Assembly: GCA_963836075.1 (NCBI GenBank)
Contig: CAWIIB010000001.1
Location: 1-64,000, forward strand
Origin: an uncultured Acidobacteriota bacterium
Lineage (GTDB): Bacteria > Acidobacteriota > JAQAZP01
Length of the DNA: 64,000 nt
Direction: 5' to 3'
Shown: positions 37,279 through 49,552 of the stretch, one piece after another
How the letters are laid out: every line of letters starts with the position of its first letter
How positions within the stretch are numbered: the stretch's first letter is position 1
Translations under genes and position numbers: made by a program
Notes under the pieces: generated by a model
Seen by the model: the letters and a program-made list of their open reading frames with translations, nothing else
Database searches by the model: none
What the model was told of the DNA's origin: nothing

Positions 37279-39346
37279 ATGAAAATCGTTAGCACCCTTA
37301 TCATAATGCTTTCTGTTTCTGGTTCCGGGCACGGCTCTTGCCGTCATTGAAATCGGTGAACTGAGTTTCGACGACCTCGCCTTCCGAGGACCGGATCATG
37401 TCCACCGATTACACCGGGCTGATCGATGCCTGCCCCGGCTACGAGGTGGCCGACTTGGGAGCGACGCTTGTTTGGGATCGGACCTCAATACCTGGATCGA
37501 TTACGGACCCCACGATTTCTTCCCGGGAGAAGATGGGGACTTCAACAGCACTGCGCCGCCGACCCAGTATTTCGAGCTGGCCTTTGTGGACAACCTGGCC
37601 ATAAATGAATCTGGACCTGATATCGCTATTTTTGAGCTTGGCGGGGCCCAATGCCGTGCCAGTTAGTCTGGATATGGACTCGATCCTCAACCCGGGCGCG
37701 CTCACCAGCAACGAGGTAGTGGTGACCACGTCGTTGCTGGCAACTAACATCTGCGGCGAAACAGTCAACGTGGGTTACCTGGAACTGGACGGATCTCGGT
37801 TTGTCACCAAGGTGAGACGATCTACCGGTTGTTTCTCTCCTCTCCGCTGGGGGTTAATGGGGAGATCTGCGCGCCGCCCACCGGCTATGCAAACCTCGGG
37901 GTACCGGAGATCGCTGCCGTTGGCGCTCTTCTACTCAGGCCCGGAAACTCAATGATGCTCCTCTGGTGGACGAGTTGGAGGGTGTGATGGGCCAGCCTGT
38001 CCTGATGCGGACCATCCACCTGCATGCCGTGGCCCGGGATGACGGTTTGCCCGTTGGCGGTCAGCTCAGCTGTCGAGTGGATCGTGGAGCAGGCCATCGG
38101 GCCGGTGGACTTTGACGATCAGAATCAGTTTGAGACAGACGTCCACCTCAGCAGTTGAGGGATATTACCAGTTCCTGGCTGAGGTCAGCTGACGGAGAAC
38201 TGACCACCACGCGGACCATATCGATAATGGTCAGTATCCCCGACAGCACGCCACCAAGCACGCCGGACGGGCTGGATGGCTGGGCCACCTCCGGTTCGAG
38301 GATTGAGTTGGTTTGGAACGATGCCACCGACAATGTTGATGTATCGCATTACGAGATTTACCGTGACGGCTCGCTGGCCGGGACAACCACGGAGACTTCA
38401 TATGTGGACGAGGAGAGCCTCCAACTTCTCACCTCATACGCCTACGAGGTGGTGGCGGTGGATATCTCGGACAATCCCTCGACCGCCAGCGATTCGGTGG
38501 TGGTGTCCACCCTAGGCCAGATCGTCGAAGTGCTGGTGGGCTCGGCCAGTGACGACGCGGAAGAGGAACTGGACGGTACCGTGGTGCTGGGCAGCTCCGA
38601 TCTCGACATGGTGGACAACGGTGCGGCCGGTCTGCAGGTGGTGGGCCTGCGCTTTTCCTCGGTGGCCGTTCCGCAGTTTGTCGAGGTGCTTAGCGCCTGG
38701 ATCACGTTCACCGCCGATGGGACCGAGACAGACCCGGCCTCGCTGGTGATCAGGGCGGAGGACAGCGGAAATGCCGCCCCCTTCACCACGGATCCCATGA
38801 ATCTCTCCACCCGCAGCACAACGACCGCCTTAGTGGCCTGGGACAACCTACCCCAGTGGCCGGCGGAGCATTATTTTCACAGCAGTCCGGATCTGACCCT
38901 GGTGGTTCAGGAACTGTTCAACCATCCGGACTGGGCGGAGGGCAACGCCATGGCCTTCCTGATCAGCGGCACTGGCCTGCGGCGCGTCAAGTCGTTCGAG
39001 GGTGGCTATGTGCCATGGCTCCGATGTCCACGTCGAATACGAGTGGCAGAATACCCTGGCGGACCTACTCAGTTTCGTGGCCAAGCTGAGCAGGCCGGGT
39101 AAGCCTGGAGTGGGAAACCGCCAGCGAAGTGGACAACGCCGGGTTCAATCTCTGGCGCTCGGATTCAAAGAATGGACCATACAAGCAGATCAACAAAGAA
39201 CTGATCCCGGCCGAAGGCGGTGTCAGTTGGGGTGCCCACTATCAGCTCATCGATGACCGCGTGAGCAGCGGGAAGACTTATTACTACAAACTGGAAGACG
39301 TCAATTTCGCTGGGATCAGTACTTCCATGGCCCGGTTGAGGCCATA
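37279..39346 (+). CDS. Large secreted protein with FN3/Ig-like domains (heavily frameshifted or pseudogene)
   Basis: Signal peptide MKIVSTLII..., DSTPPSTP..W..ATDNVDVSHYEIYRDG (FN3), SDDAEE...VGLRF, WETASEVDNAGFNLWR. Confidence 0.65.
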
Positions 39347-39699
39347 GTCCAGGTCCTGGGGGCCGTATTGCCTTCATGACAGCACGCCACCCGGCACGCC
39401 GGCTCCCATATACCGGTGAAGTCTTTCCACTGCCACTCTGCAGCTGATCGGCAGTGAACTTGCTCCTCATGGTCCGTATGGACCAGTGCACTGCGAGCAC
39501 TACCGGCCCCGGCGGCAGGAACGGACCAACCTGCACCTCGCGGCCGCGAGAACCTGCAGCTGTTCTGCGACGCCCGTTTTACCGTAACCGCCAGTTGCTC
39601 ACCGGTCTCTGCCGTTCGGCACCGGCGGCAAGATCGACACCTTGTTGCACAAAGCTGGGGCCGAGGACCTTCTGGCCGCCGCGACATTGATCGGCTGCT

Positions 39700-40263
39700 A
39701 CCATGGCCGAGGCCGTGACGAACTGGTCCACCGCGCATTAAGGACTTCATCGACGAGCAGCTGCCGTTCAAACGGTTCCAGCAGAATCATGCCTTCTACT
39801 ACATGGCGCTGATCGCCTTTGCCCTGTTCGAGGCATTCAAGGTCGATGTCTCCGATCCGGTCGTGTCGGGCACCGCCTATCCCACAACGCTGCTGCGAAC
39901 CATAATCGACGTGGCCGACAAGATCGTCTCTCATAGCGGACAAATCGTTCTGAAGGTGACAAGGCCGGTGTTGAGGCGGCTGCGGTTCGACGAACTCTGG
40001 CGCCGTTGTTCTTGCCGCCACCGATCCCCAGGCTGGCGTAGCCGGCGGTCGGAAAAATCAAAATAAAACACGGATCGCAACCGTTCCAAGGGACCGGTGT
40101 TGTCATCGATGTCGCAATCGGCAGGGAGTCCAGGGGAAACCGCGGGTTTCACGGATTTCGTCCCCACTCACCCGATCCGCCGGGCAGCCGTAGGGATTTG
40201 ACCGAAGGAACCGGAATCTCGGCGTGGAAATCAGAAGGGAGTCAGGGAATCACTCAATTTAGG
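39700..40263 (+). mobile_element. IS1380-family 3' remnant
   Basis: RGRDELVHR, NHAFYYMALIAFALFEAFK...TLLRTIIDVA.KIV.HSGQIVLK. End motif CACTCAATTTAGG. Confidence 0.65.
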
Positions 40264-40321
40264 TTATATTATATGATCCCGAAATCCTGGATCGGGTCGA
40301 TTCGTTAAACGTGGAGTTTCC

Positions 40322-41494
40322 ATGAGAAAAATCCGTATCGCACTGGTGGCTGGCGCAAGGCCTAACTTCATGAAAATCGCACCCGTGCTGGATGCAATGC
40401 GCGAGAGGCCGTGGGCATTACCATCTCTCATCCATACCGGTCAGCACTATGACGATGCCATGTCCCGGGCCTTTTTTCAGGATCTGGGAATTCCCGAGCC
40501 CGACATCAACCTTGGCGTGGGATCGGGGAGTCACGCTTGGCAGACCGGGGAAATCATGAAAAAAATAGAACCGGTTCTGATGAAACTGAAGCCGGACCTG
40601 CTCATTGTGGTTGGCGATGTCAACTCTACGCTTGCCGCATCGATCACAGCAGTAAAAATGGGAATCAAGGTCGCCCATGTAGAGTCTGGGTTAAGAAGCT
40701 TCGATCGTCAAATGCCTGAGGAGATTAACCGCCTGGTCACTGATGCGATAGCCGATTACCTTTTTACAACCGAGCCAAGCGCCAATGAAAATCTGGCCCG
40801 GGAAGGAGTACCTCCTGAAAGAATATTTTATACCGGTAATATCATGATCGATACTCTGGTCCGGCAGATGGGGAAGGCCTCCTCCTCCTCGGTGCTGACT
40901 CGTTTCGATCTTTTACCAAAGAGCTATGCGCTGCTCACACTTCACCGGCCCTCAAATGTTGATGATGAATCGTCTTTCAGGGCAATATTTTCAGCGCTTT
41001 ACCGGCTGCAAAAGCTGTTGCCTATTGTTTTCCCAACCCACCCCCGCACGATGCAGAGAATTCGAGAGATGGGTTTCGCTCAGGTTCTCCAGGAATTGAG
41101 TGACGGTTCCAGATGGCATAATCTCAGCGGCGACCTCAAATCGCCACAGAGGGATAACCTGGGTCTATTCTTCCAGGAACCGTTGGGCTATCACGATTTT
41201 CTCAAGTTGACGATGGAGTCCCGGTTGGTGCTCACCGATTCTGGAGGAATTCAGGAGGAAACGACTTACCTGGGGATTCCCTGCCTTACTCTTCGTGAAA
41301 ATTCAGAAAGACCAATTACCCTGACCATGGGGACCAATGTTCTGGTGGGCAAGGATCCGGAGATGATCGTTCGCGAATCAAAGAAAGTGCTTGGATTCTC
41401 CACTGGCGGAGCGGTGGTCCCTGAATTGTGGGACGGACATACCGCACAACGGATATTGGATGTAATCGCCCGCTTGTTTAACATTCATTCCTAA
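40322..41494 (+). CDS. wecB: UDP-N-acetylglucosamine 2-epimerase (non-hydrolysing)
   Basis: GARPNFMKIAP, HTGQHYD, HVESGLRS, MPEEINR, TDSGGIQEE. Confidence 0.96.
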   Translation: MRKIRIALVAGARPNFMKIAPVLDAMRERPWALPSLIHTGQHYDDAMSRAFFQDLGIPEPDINLGVGSGSHAWQTGEIMKKIEPVLMKLKPDLLIVVGDVNSTLAASITAVKMGIKVAHVESGLRSFDRQMPEEINRLVTDAIADYLFTTEPSANENLAREGVPPERIFYTGNIMIDTLVRQMGKASSSSVLTRFDLLPKSYALLTLHRPSNVDDESSFRAIFSALYRLQKLLPIVFPTHPRTMQRIREMGFAQVLQELSDGSRWHNLSGDLKSPQRDNLGLFFQEPLGYHDFLKLTMESRLVLTDSGGIQEETTYLGIPCLTLRENSERPITLTMGTNVLVGKDPEMIVRESKKVLGFSTGGAVVPELWDGHTAQRILDVIARLFNIHS

Positions 41495-41840
41495 CACCTC
41501 CTCGTTGCGAGGGGGCGGTACCGCCTTTTGCGTCAGAAAGAATAAAGGAGAATGCCGCCAGGGGGCGTTCTCCTTGAGAAGCACAGCAGGTGCGAAGGAA
41601 AATCATAGAGCGGGTCTGCCAGTGATGACAGTGTTTGGCTGTCTCTGACCCTCGTCCGCCGGCATTCAACTCAATATGGACGCGACTATTCTGTATCGAT
41701 CTGCTTCGTTCCGAGCTATGAAAGTAACGATTTGTCAGAATGACTTTCCCCGCTCGTTTGTCTCCGTTTGCGAGATTGTAATATACTGATTTGTAGTGCT
41801 CAATGGGTATGAATTACCAGAGAGAAGAGGGAATCGACAA

Positions 41841-42732
41841 ATGAACAAGATACTGGTGGCGCTCGTCGTCATGTTGTTTTTGGGCTGTCTCTGCGGAGTC
41901 TATGTGCTGAACAAATATTTCGTCGCCAAGCGGCATATCGCCACGTTGAATAGTGATTTGAAGAGATCGGGTGAAGCGGTGGAGGAATTGACGGAGATTC
42001 TGGGTTCGCAATGTCCAACGAAGATGGTCTTCCTCCACCATTCCGTGGGGCAGAATATTCTCTATGCCGGGGGCCTGCAGCGTCTATTGTTGAAGCGGGG
42101 AATTTTTGTCAGCGGTGCGACATACGGCGACGACATCGGCCAGCATACCGACATCCCTGACTGGCTGCCGAAATTCGAGAACGAGATGGAGAAAATCCTG
42201 ACCTTCAAATCGCACCCCAATCGATATCATTCGGATGGAACCAGAAACGACATCGTGATGTTCAAATCGTGCTTATCCGAACAGTGATATCGTGGATGGA
42301 TCTTCGGTCACGGCTGATTCCGACGCCTCCGCAAAAACGCTGGCCAATTCCAGGCCACTTTCAATTCTTTGAAGCGTGAAATGATGAAGCAGGGATGACA
42401 CGCTCTTCGTCTACTTGACCGCTCCTCCCCTGGTCCCCGAGAAAACCACCCTGGAAAATGCTGCGCGTGCCAGACAGTTCAATGACTGGCTACTCAACGA
42501 GTACCTCGTGGAGTACCAGAACGAATCGGTGAGCGACAATCTCGTTGTCTTTGACCTGTTCGGTTTCCTGGTCGGTCCGGACAAGATGTTGAAGGAAGCG
42601 TATCGTGTCGACAAACCGGGTGACGCACACCCTAACGACGAGGCCAGCCGGTTCGCCGCCGAGGCGTTTGTCGAGTTCTTCACTCCGCTTTGGGAAGACT
42701 GGGAGAGGAGAAAGGGAGAGGGGGCTGTTTAA
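41841..42732 (+). CDS. Membrane-anchored SGNH-like protein, copy 1 (frameshifted)
   Basis: N-terminal TM and coiled coil, FLHHSVG, IVMFKSC, TAPPL, ARQFNDWL, DAHPN. Confidence 0.65.
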
Positions 42733-42781
42733 TGCCGCCCACCTGTGTCAAGTCACCGGAATTCCTACCGGCTTCGCCAGG

Positions 42782-44600
42782 CTAGGTTTTTTTTCGCCTA
42801 TACCGTTGCTGGGGATCTCGGTAGTTCTTTGCGGGCACCCCGGAATCCGATGACGCGGGCCGGGTTTCCGGCCAGGATGGAGAAATCCTTGTAGCGTTTC
42901 CGCCCACCATCGCCTCGGCCGAGACCACGCACCCTCGACCCAGGTGAGTGCCGGGCATGATGAACGAGTTGGCTCCCAGCCAGACGTCGTCCTCGATGAT
43001 CACCGGCTTGAACTCCTGCCCCTGGTCTGCGATCAGCACCTCGGGGTCGGCGAATTGGTGGTTTGATGTCCAGATCGACACACCGGGCCCGAGGAGGACA
43101 GCGTTGCCGAAGGTCAGGCCACGCGTAAGCTTCCCCGTCAAGTGGACATTTCTAAAGTAGAGTTTCCGGCGTTCTGGTCTTTCCCTGAAGACCGTCGGTG
43201 GCAGTCCTCCCAGGGCGTCATGGGGACGCTCTTCGTTGTAGGTGATCAGCCACTCCCAGGTGATCTCCCGCACCTGATCAAGATCGTCGAACAGGTAGGT
43301 GCTCAGCACTTCATCCCGATAGGTCCGGTTGAACCGTTCGATGTAAGCGTTCTGGTTCGGCTTGCCCGGCTGGATGTAACGGATCTCGACGTCGTTCTCC
43401 TCGCACCAGTCGACGAAGACCTGGCAGGTCAGCTCAGGCCCATTGTCGCAGCGGATGGCTTCGGGAAGGCCGCTGCCATCCTTCATCCGCTCCAGAACGC
43501 GGACCACCCGCTCGCCCGGGAGCGAGGTATCGATCTCGATGTCCAGGCACTCACGGACGCCCTCGTCGAGCACGTTGAACGTCCGGAACCGCCGGCCAAC
43601 GTAAAGCGTGTCGTGCATGAAGTCGATCGACCAGACAGCATTGGCAACTGCCGGAACATCCAGCGGCTGCCGCTCTCTGGTCGGTATCCGTTTCTTTGTC
43701 CGGCGTTTGTGGTTCAAGCCCAGCTCCTTGTAAACCCGGTACACCCGCTTGTGGTTCCACCGCTGGCCATCGAAGCGAAGCTGCTTGATAGCACTTCCAG
43801 AAGCCCCAGCGACGGTGCTTCTCAGCAAGCTCCTGCAAGAGCCTCGATGACCTCGCCGATCCCGGGCCAGCTTGTCCTGCAGCGGCTTGTACCATGCGGA
43901 CCGGGAGAGCCCGACGAGCCTGACAGGCCCGAGTTACCGATAAGCTTCTTCTCCGCCACCAGATACCTAGCGGCTTCTCTTCGTTCCGGTGGCGTCAGAG
44001 CTTTTTTGAGATCAGATCCTTCAGCGCGTCGTTTTCAAGGCTCAGATCGGCGTACATCCGCTTCAGCTCGGCGTTCTCGAGCCTCAAGCTCCTTGATCCG
44101 CTTCAGCTCGGAGGCCGCCAGGCCACCGTACTTCGACTTCCACTTGTAGTAGGTGGCAGGGCTGATGCCATGCTTGCGACAGACGTCCTGGACGGTGATC
44201 CCGGCATCGGCTTCGTTGAGGATCGATACGATCTGGGTCTCGGTGAATCTGCGACTTCTTCATCTGAACCTCCTGGCTACTATTATGCCAGAAAGCTCTA
44301 CTTGCTCGTGTCTACCATATGGGGGAGCTTACGCCACCACCGGCCTGGATCATCACCCCCAAACCGATGTGGCAGCGGTCGCCCATGGAGAACTTTCCTG
44401 GGTTGCGGATGAAGACTTTGTTGTGGAATTTTGCCTCGGCACCCATCGACTTGAGCCACTTGCGGTAGAAACGGAGCCTCAGCCGCTGACCGATGTAGAA
44501 AGGGACCAGTGAGTAGAGAGGTCTCCAAAACAAAGTTTCTCCGCGACTCCACGGGCGTTTGATAACCGAGCTTTTTGCGTATTCTGCTGTAAGCGAACGC
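42782..44600 (-). pseudogene. Hexapeptide-repeat acyltransferase interrupted by IS3 (5' end also abuts an IS3)
   Basis: Removing the IS gives IQAGGG-LTFGNAVLLGPGVSIWTSNH...IIEDDVWLGAN. Confidence 0.85.
43123..44334 (-). mobile_element. IS3-family (IS407-like) element, complete
   Basis: IRs GCGTAAGCTTCCCC / GGGGAGCTTACGC with a (C)CAC duplication. OrfA RFTETQI...YYKWKSKYGG. OrfB WSIDFMHD, DNGPE, QNAYIERFN. Confidence 0.93.
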
Positions 44601-45749
44601 TGAGGTCACACCCCCAAATTTCGGACAATATGTTAAGGTATGCTAAGGTGGCTCCAGACCCCTGAACGGAGGGAATGGAGCGATGAAAAAGCGACGCAGT
44701 TTTTCGGCCGAGTTCAAGGCCAGGGTGGCGCTGGAGGCGCTGGCCGGGGCGCAGACGCTGGCCGAGCTGGCGGCGAAGCACGACGTCCACCCCAACATGA
44801 TCGCGCAGTGGAAGCGGCAGGCCAAGGAGAGCCTGCCCGAGCTGTTCTCCAAGAAGGACGACCGCAGCGAAGCAGCCCGAGAAGCCGAGATCAAGGAGCT
44901 GCACGCCAAGATCGGCCAGCTGACGGTGGAGAAGGATTTTTTAGCAAAAGCCTTCGGTCGCTGAGCCACGGCCGGAGGGTAGCGATGATCGATCCGAATC
45001 ATCCGCGGCTCAGCATCGTCCGCCAGTGCGAGCTGGTGAGCGATCGCCCGCTCGTCGTTCTACTACACGGGCAAGGGCGAGACGCCCGCTGAACCTCAAG
45101 CTGATGCGTCTGATCGACGAGCAGTTTCTGGAGACGCCGTACTACGGGTCGCGGCAGATGGCTCGGCATCTTCGCCGGCAGGGCTACTGCGTCGGCCGCA
45201 AGCGGGTCCGGCGCTTGATGCGCAAGATGGGCCTCGACGCCGATCTACCAGGAGCCTCGGACATCCGAGCCGCATCCGGAGCATCGGATCTATCCGTATC
45301 TGCTGCGGGACCTGACGATCGACCGGCCGAACCAGGTCTGGTGCGCCGACATCACCTACATCCCGATGCGACGAGGCTTTCTGTACCTGGTGGCGATCAT
45401 GGACTGGGCGACGCCGGGCGGTCTTGGCCTGGCGGCTGTCCAACACGATGGACGCGAGCTTCTGCGTCGAGGCGCTCGAGGAGGCGCTGTCGCGCTACGG
45501 CACGCCGGAGATCTTCAACACCGACCAGGGCAGCCAGTTCACCAGCGACGAGTTCACCGGACGTGCTGAAGGACGCCGGCGTGAGGATCTCGATGGACGG
45601 CAAGGGCCGCTGGATGGACAACGTCTTCATCGAGCGGCTCTGGCGCTCGCTCAAGTACGAGCCCCACCCACTGTTCGATGATGACAAGACGCCCCTGGAG
45701 GCGTACACCCTGAGGATGGCGGCGTGATCAACCACATGGAGGCCACCTC
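44601..45749 (+). mobile_element. IS3-family element with internal deletion near 3' end
   Basis: OrfA 44683-44964 (RRSFSAEFKARVALEA). OrfB WCADITY, FNTDQGSQF, DNVFIERLWRSLKYE, joined directly to PHPLFDD. Confidence 0.9.
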
Positions 45750-45853
45750 TGGTGTCACCGCGTATATGCGGAAGATACAGCGAATTCCGGACCTTTGGGA
45801 AAACTGATTCCGATCAATTGGGAACACCGATTTCGGCATCAAGGATTAGCACC

Positions 45854-47977
45854 ATGCAACGCTCAAAGGGATTTTTTGTTGATGCGTCAAATGATTTTAC
45901 TACGGAGTATCGCTGTCCTTATTGCTTAAATGACCTGGCGATTCCATCGCAAACGTGTATTGAGTGCCTTGGGTGTGAGAAAAAATACGGCGTTTTAAAT
46001 GAGATTATTGATTTTTCAAGGAGTTCCGGTTACTTCTATAGCTGTATCAAATACAATGAGCTGATAAAACATATGCGCGATCAGGAACAGACATCGGAAG
46101 ATCCTTTTTACAAGATCGTCACTGAAACAAGCACACGGCCGGAAAAAATACTACGCAGAAAACTGTCCATGGAAAATCTTCCGTGGCATTTGCTGATTGG
46201 TATCCATGGGAACCACCGGGTTCTCGATATCGGATGTGGCATGGGATTTGCGGCCATCCGTTTGGCACAATACTATGATCAAGTCTATGCGTGTGATCTG
46301 ACATGGGAAAATGTTCAGCTTGTCAAAAAAAGAGCAGAATACCATTCTATCCGGAACATAAAATATATATGCGGTTTTGATTCTCCCTACTTCCCATTCA
46401 GGGACAATTTTTTCGATGTTGTATTTCTAAATGGTGTACTTGAACATGTTTTTGATAATCCGATCCATAAACGGAAGGGCGACTCATCGAAATTCACTAG
46501 GATGGGTTGCCTTCTCCGTTCTCTGGTCGGGAAAAATAATCCAAAGACAGCGCAGTCTGATTTTCTAAAGGAGATCAACCGGGTTCTAGCACATGATGGT
46601 ACCCTATTTATAGGGATTGAGAATCGGCTAAGCAGACAATATCTGGCAGGGGCTCCGGAAGATCATATCCTGATGAAGTACATTACCTTGCTGCCGAGAA
46701 TACCGGCGAATTTATATGCTATGGCGTATAAGCGCAAACCCTATTTGACTTATACTTACAGTCTTTGGGGGTATACAAAATTGTTGAAGGGGGCCGGCTT
46801 CCAGTCGCAACGTTTTTATGGAATGCAACCGAATTATAGTGATGTGGAGACAATTAGCGATACCGCACATTTTTCCAGTCCCGAAACCGGGATTTCGGCA
46901 TCGGGGATTAAACCCGTTGTAAAAGGGTGGATGGAGCACTCAAAAAAAGTGCAGCAGTATCTGCCGCACTGCTTTGGCATTGTCGCCCGAAAAAAAGATC
47001 CCTCAACGAATATAATCGAAGAAATTACGTCGGATCTGAATCGGTCCGTGGGGAACGGACAGTGGAAGATATCGGATCACAACTATTTCGTGACCCAAAA
47101 AGGGACGCTGGTTGCTAAACTATATAACAGCGAACCGGACAGGGACTTTGTAATTAAAATCGGATTGAATCCATCCGCTTCTGCACAACTGACACGTAAC
47201 TATTGTTCGATATCAAAGATTCATACCGCAAAGGCACTCGCCGACGCCGTAATAGCAGTTGTACCGGAGCCGATGGTGAAAGGGCAATACAGTCAATATC
47301 AATATTTTATTGAAGAATATAAGGCTGGTACGCCTTCCGTTCAATTGCGGAAAAAACCGGATGAAATGAAACATGTATTGAAAAATGCTGCTGGTTTCAT
47401 TGAAGCATTGCACGAGTCCACCCGAAATGAAGCTGGGTTCAGCGTGGCTGTCCAGGAATCGATTGTCGACTGGAAGTTAGATCGCCTGGCTGAATTGTTT
47501 GCGGGTGAAGAGCGTAAATATCTGGAAGAAATCAGAAATTACCTGAAAGAGAATATTCTGTCGGATTCGTTGTTTTCAGTTTTTCACAAGGGGGATTGTA
47601 GCGCACATAATGTGCTGGTATCAAAAGAAAATGTTGTTAGTGCCATAATCGACTGGGACCAATCCGATCAGCGGGGGTTTCCGTTTGTGGATTTGTTGAA
47701 TCTGATTGAATCTTTTAAAAGATGTTTGTTAAATGTCGGCATGGGGCAAATATTGCGGGACTATTTTTTCACCGGCGGTTTTGACAGGCTGGAAAGGGAA
47801 ATTATCCGGCACTACTGCGACCGGCTTGGGCTTTCTGAAAAAGCTGTAATGCCGATGACGATATTATATTGGATGGATCATATAAATGCACAGGATTTCG
47901 ACCATATGAAATATGACGACAGGTGGATAGCGAAAAATGTCATGGCGGTTTTGCGCCATCTGAAGGAAAATCTGTAA
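45854..47977 (+). CDS. Class I SAM methyltransferase fused to an APH/choline-kinase-like phosphotransferase
   Basis: N-terminal CPYC..CLGC, VLDIGCGMG, FDVVFLNGVLEH. C-terminal VIKI, FHKGDCSAHNVLV, IIDWD. Start uncertain. Confidence 0.85.
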   Translation: MQRSKGFFVDASNDFTTEYRCPYCLNDLAIPSQTCIECLGCEKKYGVLNEIIDFSRSSGYFYSCIKYNELIKHMRDQEQTSEDPFYKIVTETSTRPEKILRRKLSMENLPWHLLIGIHGNHRVLDIGCGMGFAAIRLAQYYDQVYACDLTWENVQLVKKRAEYHSIRNIKYICGFDSPYFPFRDNFFDVVFLNGVLEHVFDNPIHKRKGDSSKFTRMGCLLRSLVGKNNPKTAQSDFLKEINRVLAHDGTLFIGIENRLSRQYLAGAPEDHILMKYITLLPRIPANLYAMAYKRKPYLTYTYSLWGYTKLLKGAGFQSQRFYGMQPNYSDVETISDTAHFSSPETGISASGIKPVVKGWMEHSKKVQQYLPHCFGIVARKKDPSTNIIEEITSDLNRSVGNGQWKISDHNYFVTQKGTLVAKLYNSEPDRDFVIKIGLNPSASAQLTRNYCSISKIHTAKALADAVIAVVPEPMVKGQYSQYQYFIEEYKAGTPSVQLRKKPDEMKHVLKNAAGFIEALHESTRNEAGFSVAVQESIVDWKLDRLAELFAGEERKYLEEIRNYLKENILSDSLFSVFHKGDCSAHNVLVSKENVVSAIIDWDQSDQRGFPFVDLLNLIESFKRCLLNVGMGQILRDYFFTGGFDRLEREIIRHYCDRLGLSEKAVMPMTILYWMDHINAQDFDHMKYDDRWIAKNVMAVLRHLKENL

Positions 47978-47989
47978 TTCATATTGGAG

Positions 47990-48556
47990 AATGGAAATGT
48001 TTCTTAAATCGCTGTACCTGGGATTTGAGAGATCCGCGGATTCGCAAGGAATGGCTATATGAAATTGTAAGAAACATGCCTGGTAGGCATGGTTTTTTAT
48101 TGCGGAGCCGTGTATTGAAAAGCCGCTTTAAGAAAGCGGGAAACAACCTGAGGATTCACCAGGGATGTAGAATTATCAACATACATAAGCTTGAAGTGGG
48201 GGATAATGTTTAACTTTGGTGTTGACTCTTATATACAGGCCGGCGGCGGCATTAGCATAGGAAACTATACCGAAATGGGCCCCGGGGTCAAGATTTGGTC
48301 GCAAACGCATATCTATGATGATCCTGAAGTTCAGCTCGAGCACGCCGGATATGAATACAACAAGGTTGTCATTGGAAATAATGTCTGGATCGGTGCAAAT
48401 GCGTTTCTTATGCCGGGTGTCGTCATCGAAGATGGCTGTGTGATATCGGCATGTTCCACGGTTGGAAAGAAAACCTGGCCTTCGAATTCAATCATCCAAG
48501 GAAATCCTGCACGGAAAATCGGTGAGCGGGGGCTCTTGCGAAAGCAAAACAAGTAG
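47990..48556 (+). CDS. Hexapeptide-repeat O-acyltransferase (one frameshift)
   Basis: IQAGGGISIG, VVIGNNVWIGAN, GNPARKI. Confidence 0.88.
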
Positions 48557-48577
48557 GAAAAGATAATATTTTATCAA

Positions 48578-48845
48578 ATGGATAAGAAGAATATATTACT
48601 GGTTGCATATACGTTTCCTCCCATCCATTACAGTGGTACATTCAGAAGTCTTCGACTATGCAAAAGACTATCCGGAATGAATATCAATCTGCATGTTTTA
48701 ACAATTGATGTGTATGGCGATATTCCAAATGATTACGGATTGCTTGATCAGGTACCAGCATCCGTTGAGATCCACAGAACGCCAATAGTTGATCCTTACC
48801 GTCGGTATCGGGCCCGGAAATCAGGCAAGGCCCAAAATATATTCG
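48578..48845 (+). pseudogene. N-terminal fragment of a GT4-like glycosyltransferase
   Basis: KNILLVAYTFPP...RSLRLCK.L...VLT. Truncated by an IS remnant. Confidence 0.65.
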
Positions 48846-48849
48846 TAAA

Positions 48850-49548
48850 ACTTAATTTCATCAAGCAGGACGGCATAAAGCTGGGCCGGCGCCTCGTCTT
48901 CGAACCGCTAAGTGTGGAGCGGATCAAGAGCCTGTTGTCTCTCATGCCTTGTGAGCGTATGATCATATTTGGATCTGGGCAGGGTTCGAGCAAGTATTAC
49001 TGGCGATGACGATACAAGGTGTCGCGGGAAACGACAAGCGCTTCATGGGCCGAAACCGGTCCTTCGTTTTTCTCATTTTCTTTCGCTACGGCCAACAGTC
49101 ATCTTCTTCGCTCTCCTGGTTCCTCAGGCGTATCGCCAGCATCTCCGAGGCATTTTATAAGATATCAATGATCAATTCCACCCGTTTCATCTACCTCTTT
49201 TGTAGGGCGTTATCCCGTTCCTGCCCTTTGATTCGAACCTTGCTCTGCTCGGGCTTTCGGCCACGCGCCTTTTCGTCTAATTCTTCTACCCACTACATGC
49301 GCCAGTTCACCAAGTGTGCAGAACACAACCCCTCAAGCCGAAATATTGCTTTGATATCACGGTCGCCTTTGCAAGCATCTTTCTCACGCTGGCTGCACAG
49401 CTTTTTTTCCATCGCATATTTTCTGCGTCTTGTCTTTTCATTTACTTCAGGATCAAGGGCCGGCACTGGAGCGGCGGTTGTTCACAAACCCTCGGTCTCC
49501 CTTTGTTTTCATGCTTTTCATCTACAGGCGTCGAACGCCATCTCATTG
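48850..49548 (-). mobile_element. Degenerate IS3-family remnant
   Basis: RGRKPE...ELIIDI..ASEMLAI and ALVVSRDTLYRHR, with in-frame stops. Confidence 0.6.
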
Positions 49549-49552
49549 CTAG

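Noticed and set aside
42782-43828. Transposase-acyltransferase fusion protein
   Set aside because: It is read-through from the IS3 end into the interrupted gene, with IRs and target duplication evident.
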